Origin: Candidatus Hydrogenedentota bacterium
Lineage (GTDB): Bacteria; Hydrogenedentota; Hydrogenedentia; Hydrogenedentales; SLHB01
DNA length: 64,000 nt
Direction of reading: 5' to 3'
Assembly (NCBI GenBank): GCA_013359265.1
Contig: JABWCD010000015.1
Span: forward strand, 40,329-104,328
Shown in pieces: positions 28,678 through 38,242 of this stretch (its first letter is position 1; every line of letters starts with the position of its first letter). The position numbers were made by a program, and so were the translations under genes. The notes under the pieces are model-generated. The model did no database searches. It had not been told where the DNA came from and was given only the letters and a program-made list of their open reading frames with translations.

Positions 28678-31347
28678 ATGCAAGTGCACCCACACAAAGA
28701 CAAAGTCACCGTTCTAATGCGCCGGTTGTTCGGCCGGTTGCGTCACGCGGCAGTGGTTTTCGCCGCGTCGCTGTTTACCGTTTCCGTTCCAAGTATCGCG
28801 GCGGAACGCAGCATGCCCATCAAGGTCGGCATTTACGAGAACCGGCCCATGGTGTTCCTCGACGACGACACGCGGCCCGCGGGGTTGCAGGTCGATATCG
28901 TTTCCGAGATTGCCAAAGCGCGAAAGTGGCCGATCGAATTTGTATACGGCACGTGGCAGGACTGCCTCGCCCGGCTGGAAGACGGCGAGATCGACGTCCT
29001 GCTCGATATTGGGTATTCGGACGAACGCGCCCAGCGATTCGATTTTACGTCCGAGTCTCTGTTTTCGACGTGGGCGCAGGTCTATGTGCCCCCGGGCTCG
29101 ACGTTGCTTGGCATACCGGACCTCGAGGGGAAACACATTGCGGTGATGCGCGGCGACGTGCACTACGCGGCGCTTCAGCGGTTATTGCGCGACTTCGGCA
29201 TCGCCGTGCACTACGTCGAGTATGACGACTACAAAGACCTGATGCAGGCGGTCGAGCATAAGCGTGTGGACGCAGGGTTGTTCAGCCGCATCGCGGGCTT
29301 GCAGCTCGAAAGCGACTACGGAGTGCGCCGCAGCTCGATCGTGCTCGATCCGATCCAGGTGCGTATCGCGTTTCCCAAGGGCAAGAATGGAGACATTCGC
29401 GACGCGATTGACGCCGACCTGCGCCGCATGAAGCGCGACCCGAATTCGGCTTATAGCGTGGCGATGGACAAATGGCTCGGAAACGTCCCGCTGATGGAGT
29501 GGCCATGGTGGTGGAAGTGGGCGGTGCTGGGTCTAGCGGCCTTTGCGTTGATAGGCGTCGGCGTCAACTCGCTACTGCGGCTCGAGGTACGCCGCAAGAC
29601 GTCGCAATTGACCGCTAAGAACGTCGAGCTCGAGCAGGAGATCGCTTCGCGCGCACGCGTCGAGTCCTTGCTTCAGGCCGGGCGTGAACGATTGTCGACG
29701 CAAAGCAGAGCGCTCATGACGCTTGCGCGAAGCGACGCGATCGACCGTGGCGATCTCGATGCCGCGCTCAGGCAAATCACGACGGCCGCGGCGCAGACGC
29801 TTGACGTCGATCGGTCGAGCGTGTGGATTGCGGAGTCGGACCTCTCCGCGATTCGCTGTATCTGCCTATTCGTTCGGTCAAAGGGCGAGTTTTCCAAAGG
29901 CGCCGAGCTGGCGCGAACCGATTACCCCATCTATTTCAGGGCGCTCGCCGAGAACCGAATCATTGCCGCGTCGGACGCCGCGCGCGATCCGAGCACATAC
30001 GAGTTCGCGGATAGTTACCTCGCGCCGTTGGGAATCACATCCATGCTGGACGCGCCGGTCCGCACAGGACAGCGGCTCATCGGGATTCTGTGCAACGAGC
30101 ATACCGGCGCCGCGCGGGAATGGAACTTGGAGGAAGAAAACTTCGCTGCATCGCTTGCGGATTTTGTCGCGCTCGCGCTGGAAGCGCACGAGCGACAAAC
30201 GGCCGAGGCGCGCCTGCGCGAGAGCGAGGAACGCAACCGTCTCATCATCGAGAAGGCGCTGGACGCGGTCATCATCGCGGACAATCGGGGTACCGTGATC
30301 GGCTGGAACGCCAAGGCGGAGGAAGTCTTCGGTTACGCGCGCGATGAAGCGATCGGACAGCCGGTTATTTCGCTCGTTGTGCCGGAGTCCATCCACGAGA
30401 TTGTTGCGCAGGAGTTTCTCGATATCCTTCGCTCCGGCCGCGGGCGTACGCGGCGCGATGTGCTGGCGAAGCGAAAAAACGGCGAGGAGTTTTACGCCGA
30501 GTTTTCGGTTTCGGCGTCTCGCGAGGGGCGGCGGTTTATCTATACCTCGTTCGTCCGCGACATCACGGAACAAAAGCGCGCGCAGGAGATGAAGGAGAAG
30601 CTCCACCAAATTGAGACCGAACTCGAACTTGCGCGAACGATTCAGCGATCGTTTCTGCCCCAACAATTTCCGGCGTTTCCGCATCGATGCGAATTCGAGG
30701 TTTACGCGGAAATGATTCCCGCCGCAAACGTCGGGGGCGACTTCTACGACTTTTATCTTCTCGACGACGAAAGGCTCGCCTTTGCGATCGGCGACGTGTC
30801 GGGCAAAGGCGTGCCCGGTGCACTGGTAATGGCAATGACCCTCACAATTTTGAAAGCGACGGCGGCTTCGACGCCGTCGGTATCGGACTGCGTTTCGCAG
30901 GTTAATCGGCTGTTGTGCAAGGAGAACGAGGCGGCGTTCTTCGTGACCTTGTTCTACGGCGTGCTGCATGTTCCGACCGGGAAGATTACCTTCGCGAACG
31001 CAGGGCATCCTCCCCCCTTTCGCGTATCCTCAACGCGGGGCGTCAAGCCGCTTGATGGAACTGGCGGGTTGATACTTGGTGTATTCGAGGAAGCACAGTA
31101 CAGTGAGGGCGAGATCGCGCTGAAGTCGGGGGAGAGCGTCCTGTTGTTCACGGACGGCGTAACCGAGGCCATGAACGAATCCAACATCCTGTATACGGAG
31201 GAACGGCTCGAACAGACGCTGCGCGGCGTTTCGGGAATGCCTGCGACGCCGCTGGTAGCGCACGTGGTGAAGGACGTTGAATCGTTCGCCGGCGACGCGC
31301 CGCGGCACGACGACATAACGCTGCTGGCGTTGCGGTATTTGAGTTGA
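28678..31347 (+). CDS. Multidomain sensor: periplasmic solute-binding (SBP family 3-like) domain - TM - GAF - PAS - PP2C/SpoIIE-type Ser/Thr phosphatase (RsbU-like)
   Basis: The N-terminus has a signal/TM plus an SBP_bac_3-like region, then a second TM (WWWKWAVLGLAAFALIGV). GAF-like region (~330-480). PAS (IIEKALDAVIIADNRGTVIGWN). PP2C motifs GGDFYDF and GDVSGKG. Confidence 0.75.
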   Translation: MQVHPHKDKVTVLMRRLFGRLRHAAVVFAASLFTVSVPSIAAERSMPIKVGIYENRPMVFLDDDTRPAGLQVDIVSEIAKARKWPIEFVYGTWQDCLARLEDGEIDVLLDIGYSDERAQRFDFTSESLFSTWAQVYVPPGSTLLGIPDLEGKHIAVMRGDVHYAALQRLLRDFGIAVHYVEYDDYKDLMQAVEHKRVDAGLFSRIAGLQLESDYGVRRSSIVLDPIQVRIAFPKGKNGDIRDAIDADLRRMKRDPNSAYSVAMDKWLGNVPLMEWPWWWKWAVLGLAAFALIGVGVNSLLRLEVRRKTSQLTAKNVELEQEIASRARVESLLQAGRERLSTQSRALMTLARSDAIDRGDLDAALRQITTAAAQTLDVDRSSVWIAESDLSAIRCICLFVRSKGEFSKGAELARTDYPIYFRALAENRIIAASDAARDPSTYEFADSYLAPLGITSMLDAPVRTGQRLIGILCNEHTGAAREWNLEEENFAASLADFVALALEAHERQTAEARLRESEERNRLIIEKALDAVIIADNRGTVIGWNAKAEEVFGYARDEAIGQPVISLVVPESIHEIVAQEFLDILRSGRGRTRRDVLAKRKNGEEFYAEFSVSASREGRRFIYTSFVRDITEQKRAQEMKEKLHQIETELELARTIQRSFLPQQFPAFPHRCEFEVYAEMIPAANVGGDFYDFYLLDDERLAFAIGDVSGKGVPGALVMAMTLTILKATAASTPSVSDCVSQVNRLLCKENEAAFFVTLFYGVLHVPTGKITFANAGHPPPFRVSSTRGVKPLDGTGGLILGVFEEAQYSEGEIALKSGESVLLFTDGVTEAMNESNILYTEERLEQTLRGVSGMPATPLVAHVVKDVESFAGDAPRHDDITLLALRYLS

Positions 31348-31476
31348 GGCGCCGCCACGGATGGACTCCGAACGTATGCCTGGGCGGCATTTCCTCCATT
31401 ACAATTGCGGCGCCGGAGCTGACGCAATTCCAATTGGTATCCGCAGCGTTTGACCGAGACTTGGGGGTAACTACCT

Positions 31477-33018
31477 GTGACTGAATTATGGGGCCGGAGG
31501 GCCTGCTGGGTTGTGATCGCGGCGGGTGTCGTGACGACGGTCGCGTTGCAGGCGTTCGTTCCGGCGGAGGAAGTGTTTTGGTCCGGCGACGGCGGCCTGA
31601 AGAACCTCATGGCGAAACAGTTTGCGCGCGGAACGATGCACGTCGATCTGCGACTGACGGAAAAGGAATGGGTACGCGAGTTATGGTCGTCCGGCCTGCA
31701 CCCGGGCGCGGTCGGCAACTACATGTTCGACATGGACGGCAAATACTTTTCGGTGTTTCCATACCCTTTTCCACTTTTCAGCGCGCCGTTCTATGCGCTG
31801 TTTGGCGTGCGTGGCTACTATATCCTTCCGGTGGTGTCGCTCTGGGCGCTTTGGATTTCGATGTACCTGGCGATGCGGCGCGCGTGTCTTGACGCATGGA
31901 AGATCGCGCTGTTGATGTTTGCGTTTATATTCGCCATGCCGGTCACGTTATACGGAGCTACATTCTGGGAGCATACGCCGGGCCTTGCACTCGCGATCAT
32001 CCCCGTTCTGTACACACTGCGTTATGACGACGAAGAGCCGGGCAGGATTGGGCCGACGCTCGCAGGTGCGTCGTTAGGACTCGCGGTGTGGTTTCGGCCG
32101 GAGACTCTGGCGCTTATTGCCGTGCTGATACCCGCGATGTTCGTGTGGCGCAAGGCGGCGCTCGGGATTCGGGGTTGGTTTCTGTTTTCGAGCGCGGCAG
32201 CCGGGATGATCGTCCTGTTCTTTGCGCTCAACTATTTTTTCTACGGCTACGCGCTCGGCACCCACGGGATTCAAATGACCAGCGGGGAACATTCGGCGCT
32301 GGGATGGGGCGTATTGGCGGAACGCTTCGCGCGCCTCGCCAGATTGACCGTGCATTATGCGCCCGTGGGCGGGTTCATGGTCTTCCTCCTCGGCGCACTT
32401 GCCGCGACGAAACGTTTCGCTTGGCGCAACGAATCCTCGTACTTGTTTGCGGTTGCCCTGCTTTTCTTTCCGCTGATGGTATTCATGGTCCCATCCGATG
32501 GTGGGTTTCAAATTGGGCCTCGGTTCGCGTTTATCGAGTTTGCTCTTATCATCCTTATCTGCGCGTTTGCATGGCGGACACTACCGCGATCGCGGGCGCT
32601 TCGCGCCGCGGCGGCCATCGTTCTCTTGTTGACCGTACTGTTGGGCATGAAACGAAGCGCGCTTCACGAAACACGTTGGCTCGCCGAAGCGTACCGAACG
32701 CGCGTACTGCCCGCCTACACGTTCATTGCCGAGCGCGACGAGAGCGTCCTGGCCGTGTCGCGCGTTGAGGCAACGCTGGAACTCGGCGGATTGATGGACG
32801 AAAAAGATTTCTTCGCCGCGTTCGATGACGAGAAATTCGCAAGACTGCTCGATGGGCTACGCGCCCGGAATATCGACCGTTTTCTGTTCGTTGCATTCGG
32901 CGATCGGAACACGGAACAAGACTCGGCGATTCAACACGAAGCAGCCAAGGCGCTTCGCATTGAGCCGCTCGGCAGATACGGCGAGCATTTCTATTGTTAC
33001 GCGGTGACAATCCCGTAA
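31477..33018 (+). CDS. Polytopic membrane protein, GT-C-type glycosyltransferase-like (ArnT/PMT_2-like)
   Basis: GTG start. ~12 TM helices, 513 aa, with loop motifs reminiscent of dolichyl-phosphate-mannose/ArnT-type transferases. Confidence 0.5.
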   Translation: MTELWGRRACWVVIAAGVVTTVALQAFVPAEEVFWSGDGGLKNLMAKQFARGTMHVDLRLTEKEWVRELWSSGLHPGAVGNYMFDMDGKYFSVFPYPFPLFSAPFYALFGVRGYYILPVVSLWALWISMYLAMRRACLDAWKIALLMFAFIFAMPVTLYGATFWEHTPGLALAIIPVLYTLRYDDEEPGRIGPTLAGASLGLAVWFRPETLALIAVLIPAMFVWRKAALGIRGWFLFSSAAAGMIVLFFALNYFFYGYALGTHGIQMTSGEHSALGWGVLAERFARLARLTVHYAPVGGFMVFLLGALAATKRFAWRNESSYLFAVALLFFPLMVFMVPSDGGFQIGPRFAFIEFALIILICAFAWRTLPRSRALRAAAAIVLLLTVLLGMKRSALHETRWLAEAYRTRVLPAYTFIAERDESVLAVSRVEATLELGGLMDEKDFFAAFDDEKFARLLDGLRARNIDRFLFVAFGDRNTEQDSAIQHEAAKALRIEPLGRYGEHFYCYAVTIP

Positions 33019-33121
33019 CGCGATTTCCACCCCCGGATTTCTGGACAGTCCCGGCGCGAATTCGCCATACTTTCTGTTCTTGGGTGGCGCCATTTTCTTG
33101 GCGAAACGTGGAGTGCAATTC

Positions 33122-35245
33122 GTGCGAGTTCGGTGGACCCATGCGGCGCTTGCGGCTGTCGCGGTTTTGAATGGCGCCTTCGCGGTACACGCTGAAATCG
33201 ACGGCGGCGTGCGCAATCAGGCGGGTTGGGAGCCGCTGTTCAACGGCAAGGACCTGACGGGCTGGTACACGTTCCTTCAACAACTCGGCAAGGGCGCCGA
33301 CCCGGACCAGGTCGTTTCCGTAGAAGACGGCGTTATTCACCTCTACAAGCACGCGCCGCAGGGCGGCAACGTCGTGATGGGTTATATTTCCACGGAGACG
33401 GAATTCGAGAACTATCACCTTCGCATCGAGTACAAGTGGGGCGGGAAGACGTTCGAGCCGCGCCTGGCGCTGCCGCGCGACGCCGGAGTCTATTACCACA
33501 TCGTTGGCGACGACGCAGTCTGGCCGAAATCGCTGCAATATCAAATCCAAGTAGACGACGTGGGCGACTTGATCGCGTTGTACGGTGTCGCGTGCGACAC
33601 CTGGATCGATCCCGCTACGAAAGCGGACGAGATGGCGACGTTTCTCGATTCTATTGACGGCGGCGAGGCGCGCACGCTCGGCGGCCCGGGTATCGCGTAT
33701 CAAAAGCGCCGCGGCATGTACGAACTCGAGGGATGGAACACGCTCGAAATCATCTGTCACGGCAGCACTTCGATGCACATTCTCAACGGCAAGCTCGTGA
33801 ACCGGTGTGAGAATATCCGCTATGCCGATCACGAGTCGGGCGCGCCGCCGCGGCCGTTGAGTAAAGGGCGCATTGCGCTCGAGATCGAAGCAGCGGAACT
33901 CTTCTACCGCAACATCGAGATCAAGCGTTTGCCCGCGCCGGGAGAAAAGCCCGCGCCCATCGAAGGGCCGGACGCGACGCTCGCGGTCGGCGCCGCCGCG
34001 GCGAACCTTATCGGCGACAACGACATGGTCATGGCGGGCGGCATCGGGCCGTGGAAGCCAAACGGGCAGGAAGGCCAACTGCGCGCGACGGCCTTGGTCG
34101 TGAGTAAGGAGCCGTACGGCGCGCTCGCGTTCGTCGGCTGTGACGTCCTGTTCGTAACGCGCGAGGTTGTGGACTCCGCGCTCGCCGAGATTCAGAGCGC
34201 AACAGGCATTCCACCGGAACGCGTGCTGGTGAACGCATCGCATACGCACAGCGCGCCGAGCACGATTCGCGTACACGGGTACGGCCCCGAGGAGCGGTTT
34301 CGCAAGGCCGTGCGCAACGGCATCGTTGAAGCCGTGAAACGGGCGCACGCAAAACTCGAAGACGGATGCACGTTCAACTATGCGCTAGGCGCGGAATACG
34401 GCGTCGGCGAAAACAGCCGGCTGCTATTGGCCGACAATACGATTTTTTGGATTGGACCGCATGAAGACCGCGTGCGCCCGACCGATCCGTTCGATCCGGA
34501 GCTGCCGGTGTTCGCGTTTTATGGCCCAGACGCAAAGCTGCGCTCAATCCTGTATAACCACTCGACGCATACGATTGGCACCGTTTCGGGCAGCGTGCGC
34601 TCGCCATCGTACTACGGACTCGCGGCACAGCAAATCGAGCAAGAGAATGGGGCGACTGTGTGCTTCCTCGAAGGCGCTTCCGGCTCCACGCACAACTTGT
34701 ACTTGACGACACCGGTAATGATCGAGCGAATGAAGGCTGCGATCAAAAACACGATCGATAAAGGAGCGCCGCAGCGCATCCCAAAGTTGGGCGCAATTCG
34801 GCGTCCTTTCACCTTTAAGGTGCGCACATTCGACGAGCAAGCCGAGGAACAGAAGGTGAGTTCCTACGTGAATAAGCGCGCCCCCGCGGGGGCGGAGTAC
34901 ACGATTGGCGTGTTCCGCACGATGCGCGAAGAAATGCGCGCGCAGCAGGGCGAAGCCCGGGAAACGTACCTGCAGGCGATACGGATTGGCGATGTCGCCG
35001 TTGTCGGTGTGCCGGCGGAGTACTTCACGGTGTTGGGAATCGAAATTAAGCGGCGGTCGCCGTTCGCAAACACGGTGGTTGCCGAGTTGAGCAACGATTG
35101 GATCGGCTACGTCGGCGACCGAAAGGGCTACGAGCGCGGGGGCTACCAAACGTGGTTCGGCTACCACAGTTATTGCGAGATTGGAACCGGGGAAGCCATT
35201 GTGGACGAAGTTGTGCGAATGCTGGACGAGCTGTTCGCAATGTAA
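33122..35245 (+). CDS. Secreted fusion protein: N-terminal DUF1080 (3-keto-disaccharide hydrolase-like jelly-roll) + C-terminal neutral/alkaline ceramidase-like domain
   Basis: GWEPLFNGKDLTGW...IEYK...GRIALEIE...FRNIEIKRL is the DUF1080 signature. The C-terminal half is ceramidase-like (MAGGIGPW...GCDVLFVTRE...NASHTHSAP). The start is ambiguous (TTG 33080 or GTG 33122 giving a signal peptide). Confidence 0.65.
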   Translation: MRVRWTHAALAAVAVLNGAFAVHAEIDGGVRNQAGWEPLFNGKDLTGWYTFLQQLGKGADPDQVVSVEDGVIHLYKHAPQGGNVVMGYISTETEFENYHLRIEYKWGGKTFEPRLALPRDAGVYYHIVGDDAVWPKSLQYQIQVDDVGDLIALYGVACDTWIDPATKADEMATFLDSIDGGEARTLGGPGIAYQKRRGMYELEGWNTLEIICHGSTSMHILNGKLVNRCENIRYADHESGAPPRPLSKGRIALEIEAAELFYRNIEIKRLPAPGEKPAPIEGPDATLAVGAAAANLIGDNDMVMAGGIGPWKPNGQEGQLRATALVVSKEPYGALAFVGCDVLFVTREVVDSALAEIQSATGIPPERVLVNASHTHSAPSTIRVHGYGPEERFRKAVRNGIVEAVKRAHAKLEDGCTFNYALGAEYGVGENSRLLLADNTIFWIGPHEDRVRPTDPFDPELPVFAFYGPDAKLRSILYNHSTHTIGTVSGSVRSPSYYGLAAQQIEQENGATVCFLEGASGSTHNLYLTTPVMIERMKAAIKNTIDKGAPQRIPKLGAIRRPFTFKVRTFDEQAEEQKVSSYVNKRAPAGAEYTIGVFRTMREEMRAQQGEARETYLQAIRIGDVAVVGVPAEYFTVLGIEIKRRSPFANTVVAELSNDWIGYVGDRKGYERGGYQTWFGYHSYCEIGTGEAIVDEVVRMLDELFAM

Positions 35246-35297
35246 CGCTCTCGTAGGAATATCGAGAGTCAGTCCGCAGGGGGAAAAAGAAGTAAAC

Positions 35298-38237
35298 ATG
35301 AAATCTATTGTGCTTGCCGTTTTGATGTGCGTTGCGGCCGCTGCGGGCCATGCTCAAGACAATCCGGCCGATCATCCGGTTGACAAAGTGCGGGCCGCAC
35401 TGCGCCTGGCCGATTCCTCGTTGACAATCGAGTGTGTGGCGAGCGAGCCGGACGTCATCGACCCCGTCGCTGTGACGTGGGACGAAGACGGACGCATGTA
35501 CGTTGTCGAGATGCGCGATTACCCGGCCGGGCCAGTGGGTGGAACCATTCGCCGGTTGACTGATGAAAACCAAGACGGACGTTACGAGCACGCTACGGTC
35601 TTTGCGGACAACCTGCCGTTTCCGAACTCCGCGCTCGCATACGACGGCGGGCTGCTCGTGACGGCGGCGCCGAACATTTGGTTTCTAAGAGACAATGACG
35701 GGGATGGTGTCGCGGACGAGCGGCGTGTCGTGCTCACCGGCTTCGGCGAAGGCAACGAGCAGTTGCGGATCAACGGGCTGTTCTGGGGCTTGGACAATTG
35801 GATTTACGCGGCCAATGGCCGTAGCGACGGTGAGGTACGCAAGCCAGACGACGGGCCGGAGACGGCAATTCCGCTTCGGCATCGAGACTTGCGTTTCAAG
35901 CCTGACGGCAGCGCGGTCGAAGCGATTGCGGGTTTCAGTCAATTCGGAATCTGTCAGGACGATTGGGGCAATCGCTTTCTCTCGTGGAACACCGTCCCGA
36001 TCCGTCACGTCGCGATCGAGGAGCGCTACCTCACGCGCAATCCGCATCTTGCCGTTACTTCGACCGAATCCCTCATAGCAGCGAAGGACCTGCGAATCTT
36101 CCCGGTTGTCCCGAAGCAGCAACGATTCAACACTGAGGTCATCGACTCGTGGAATGCGAGCTGCGGCCTGACGATTTATCGTGGCGACAAAATGCCCGCT
36201 TACGCCGGCAACGCATTTGTGTGCGAATCGGTGACCAGCCTGGTGCACCGTATGGTGCTGGAGCCCAACGGCCCGACCTTCGCGGCGCGGCGCGGCGACG
36301 CGGGCGTCGAATTTCTTGCGTCAACCGATCTGTGGTTCAAGGCAGTGAACCTTGCGACGGGACCCGATGGCGCGTTGTACGTGGTGGACTTCGCGCGCGA
36401 GTGGACCGAGCACCCTGATTTCGTGCCGGAGGGAATGCGCAGCGCCGTGAACTGGCGCAACGGCGACACGCTGGGACGCATCTGGCGCGTTCGTCCGCGA
36501 CAGTGGCCGGCGGATGGCTATGTAGTCCAGAAACTTTCGAGCGCGGCGCCGGGCGATCTGGTGCAGATCCTGGATCACGCAAACGCGTGGTACCGCGCAC
36601 AAGCGCAGCGGTTGTTGGTAACGCGGAAGGATGCATCGACCGTGCCCGCGCTAAAAGAAGTCGTACGTTCCGCATCCACGCCGCAGGGCCGCATCCATGC
36701 GCTGTGGACGCTGGAAGGAATGCAGGCGCTTGACGACGCGACCGTGGCCGGGGCGCTGGAAGACCACGACGCGCGCGTGCGCCGCCAGGCCGTATTGCTG
36801 GGCGAAACGCGCGCGGCAAACCCAAAGGTCCTTGTCGCGATGGCGAAGTTGTCCGCCGACCCCGATCCCGCGGTTCGGTTCCAACTGGCGGCATCCGCGG
36901 GAAGTCTTTCCGCGGATGCGCGCGTGGGGATTTGTCTCGAGATCGCGCAGACTGACGCGGTGGACCCGTGGTTTCGCCTCGCACTGCTTGGCAGTACGAA
37001 TGCCGAGACCCTGAAGTTCATTCTTGCGCTATTCGAGCGTTCACAAGGCGACATGGATGCGTACGCCTTCGCCAGATTCGAGTTCCTCGGCGCGTTGTGC
37101 GAAGTTGTGGGCAAGTCCGGGCACTCGGAAGATATCACGGCGCTGCTGGCGGCGATCGCGCGCCAGCAATTCATCACGGCGGTGCCGGATTTGGCGATGT
37201 TCTCCGGCCTCGCGCGGGGACTCTCGCAGTCCAAGAAGCCTTTGCGTCAATGGCTCATCGATCCGCCCGCAGGACTAACGGGAGAGACGATTGCCGCGCT
37301 GGGCCGCGTGTTCGCGTCGGCAGATTACGTTGCGCACAAGGACGACGCGCGCGACTTTCTCCGCGCCGCAGCGGTGTACGTGTTGGCGCAGGACCCCGAT
37401 CCGTCCGGTGTCGAGACCGTAAAGAAGCTGCTGGCCGGTGGCGACAACGACGCCGTGCGGAACGCCGCGCTGGATGCGTTGGTGAACGGCGGGGACCAGG
37501 CGGTGGTCGCGTCAATGATCGCGGACTGGCGCAAGCTGACGCGGCCCGCTCAGCGGGCGTTGGTCGCGAGCATGGTACGATCGCCCGACTCCGCAACGGT
37601 CCTACTGGACGCCATCGGCGCCGGCACGCCGTCGCCGTTGGAGATCGATCCGGCCGCGCGCGAAACCTTGAAAGCGTATCCGGTCCCCAAGTTAAGAGAG
37701 CGCGCGGCATCGCTTTTCGTCAGTTCGACCGCGGGCGCGAAGGCGGACGTGATTAGGACGTATTCCGCGGCGCTCGATCTTGCGGGCGACCGTGCGCGCG
37801 GGGCGGGCGTGTTCGCGCTGAATTGTCTGCCGTGCCACACGATTCAAGGCGTTGGCCAGCACGTTGGACCCGATCTGAGCGGCATTGCGAGCAAGACAAA
37901 GGAGCAACTGCTGCACTCGATCGTCGATCCGAGCGCGGAGATTTCGCCTGACTACATCAACTACACGATCTCGACCGTGGACTTCGAGATCGTCAACGGC
38001 GTGCTCGGCGGCGAGACGGCGTCGAGCATCACGCTGAGACAGGCGGCGGGAATCGAAACGACCGTGCTGCGGGAGAACATCGAGGAGATGACCGTCAGCG
38101 ATCAGTCGCTGATGCCGCAAGGATTGGAGGCAGCGTTTGACGTGCAGGGTATGGCGGACCTGCTCGAATTCCTGCACCATCCCGACCGGAAAATGTTGGA
38201 GGACGCCGCGAGAGCAGCCTTGCCGCCACAGGAGTAA
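35298..38237 (+). CDS. PVC-type heme-binding CxxCH protein: membrane-bound dehydrogenase-like beta-propeller domain + HEAT repeats + C-terminal cytochrome c domain
   Basis: Signal peptide MKSIVLAVLMCVAAAAGHA. N-terminal beta-propeller motifs (VTWDEDGRMYVVEMRDYP). HEAT-like repeats in the middle. C-terminal CLPCH heme-binding site. RBS agggggaaaaag upstream. Confidence 0.85.
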   Translation: MKSIVLAVLMCVAAAAGHAQDNPADHPVDKVRAALRLADSSLTIECVASEPDVIDPVAVTWDEDGRMYVVEMRDYPAGPVGGTIRRLTDENQDGRYEHATVFADNLPFPNSALAYDGGLLVTAAPNIWFLRDNDGDGVADERRVVLTGFGEGNEQLRINGLFWGLDNWIYAANGRSDGEVRKPDDGPETAIPLRHRDLRFKPDGSAVEAIAGFSQFGICQDDWGNRFLSWNTVPIRHVAIEERYLTRNPHLAVTSTESLIAAKDLRIFPVVPKQQRFNTEVIDSWNASCGLTIYRGDKMPAYAGNAFVCESVTSLVHRMVLEPNGPTFAARRGDAGVEFLASTDLWFKAVNLATGPDGALYVVDFAREWTEHPDFVPEGMRSAVNWRNGDTLGRIWRVRPRQWPADGYVVQKLSSAAPGDLVQILDHANAWYRAQAQRLLVTRKDASTVPALKEVVRSASTPQGRIHALWTLEGMQALDDATVAGALEDHDARVRRQAVLLGETRAANPKVLVAMAKLSADPDPAVRFQLAASAGSLSADARVGICLEIAQTDAVDPWFRLALLGSTNAETLKFILALFERSQGDMDAYAFARFEFLGALCEVVGKSGHSEDITALLAAIARQQFITAVPDLAMFSGLARGLSQSKKPLRQWLIDPPAGLTGETIAALGRVFASADYVAHKDDARDFLRAAAVYVLAQDPDPSGVETVKKLLAGGDNDAVRNAALDALVNGGDQAVVASMIADWRKLTRPAQRALVASMVRSPDSATVLLDAIGAGTPSPLEIDPAARETLKAYPVPKLRERAASLFVSSTAGAKADVIRTYSAALDLAGDRARGAGVFALNCLPCHTIQGVGQHVGPDLSGIASKTKEQLLHSIVDPSAEISPDYINYTISTVDFEIVNGVLGGETASSITLRQAAGIETTVLRENIEEMTVSDQSLMPQGLEAAFDVQGMADLLEFLHHPDRKMLEDAARAALPPQE

Positions 38238-38242
38238 GAGCC

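Noticed and set aside
29878-31008. 376-aa minus-strand ORF inside the sensor-phosphatase gene
   Set aside because: Arg-rich antisense ORF. The + strand product has coherent GAF/PAS/PP2C motifs.
32723-34348. 541-aa minus-strand ORF spanning the 31477 and 33122 genes
   Set aside because: Arg-rich, crosses an intergenic boundary of two well-supported + strand genes.
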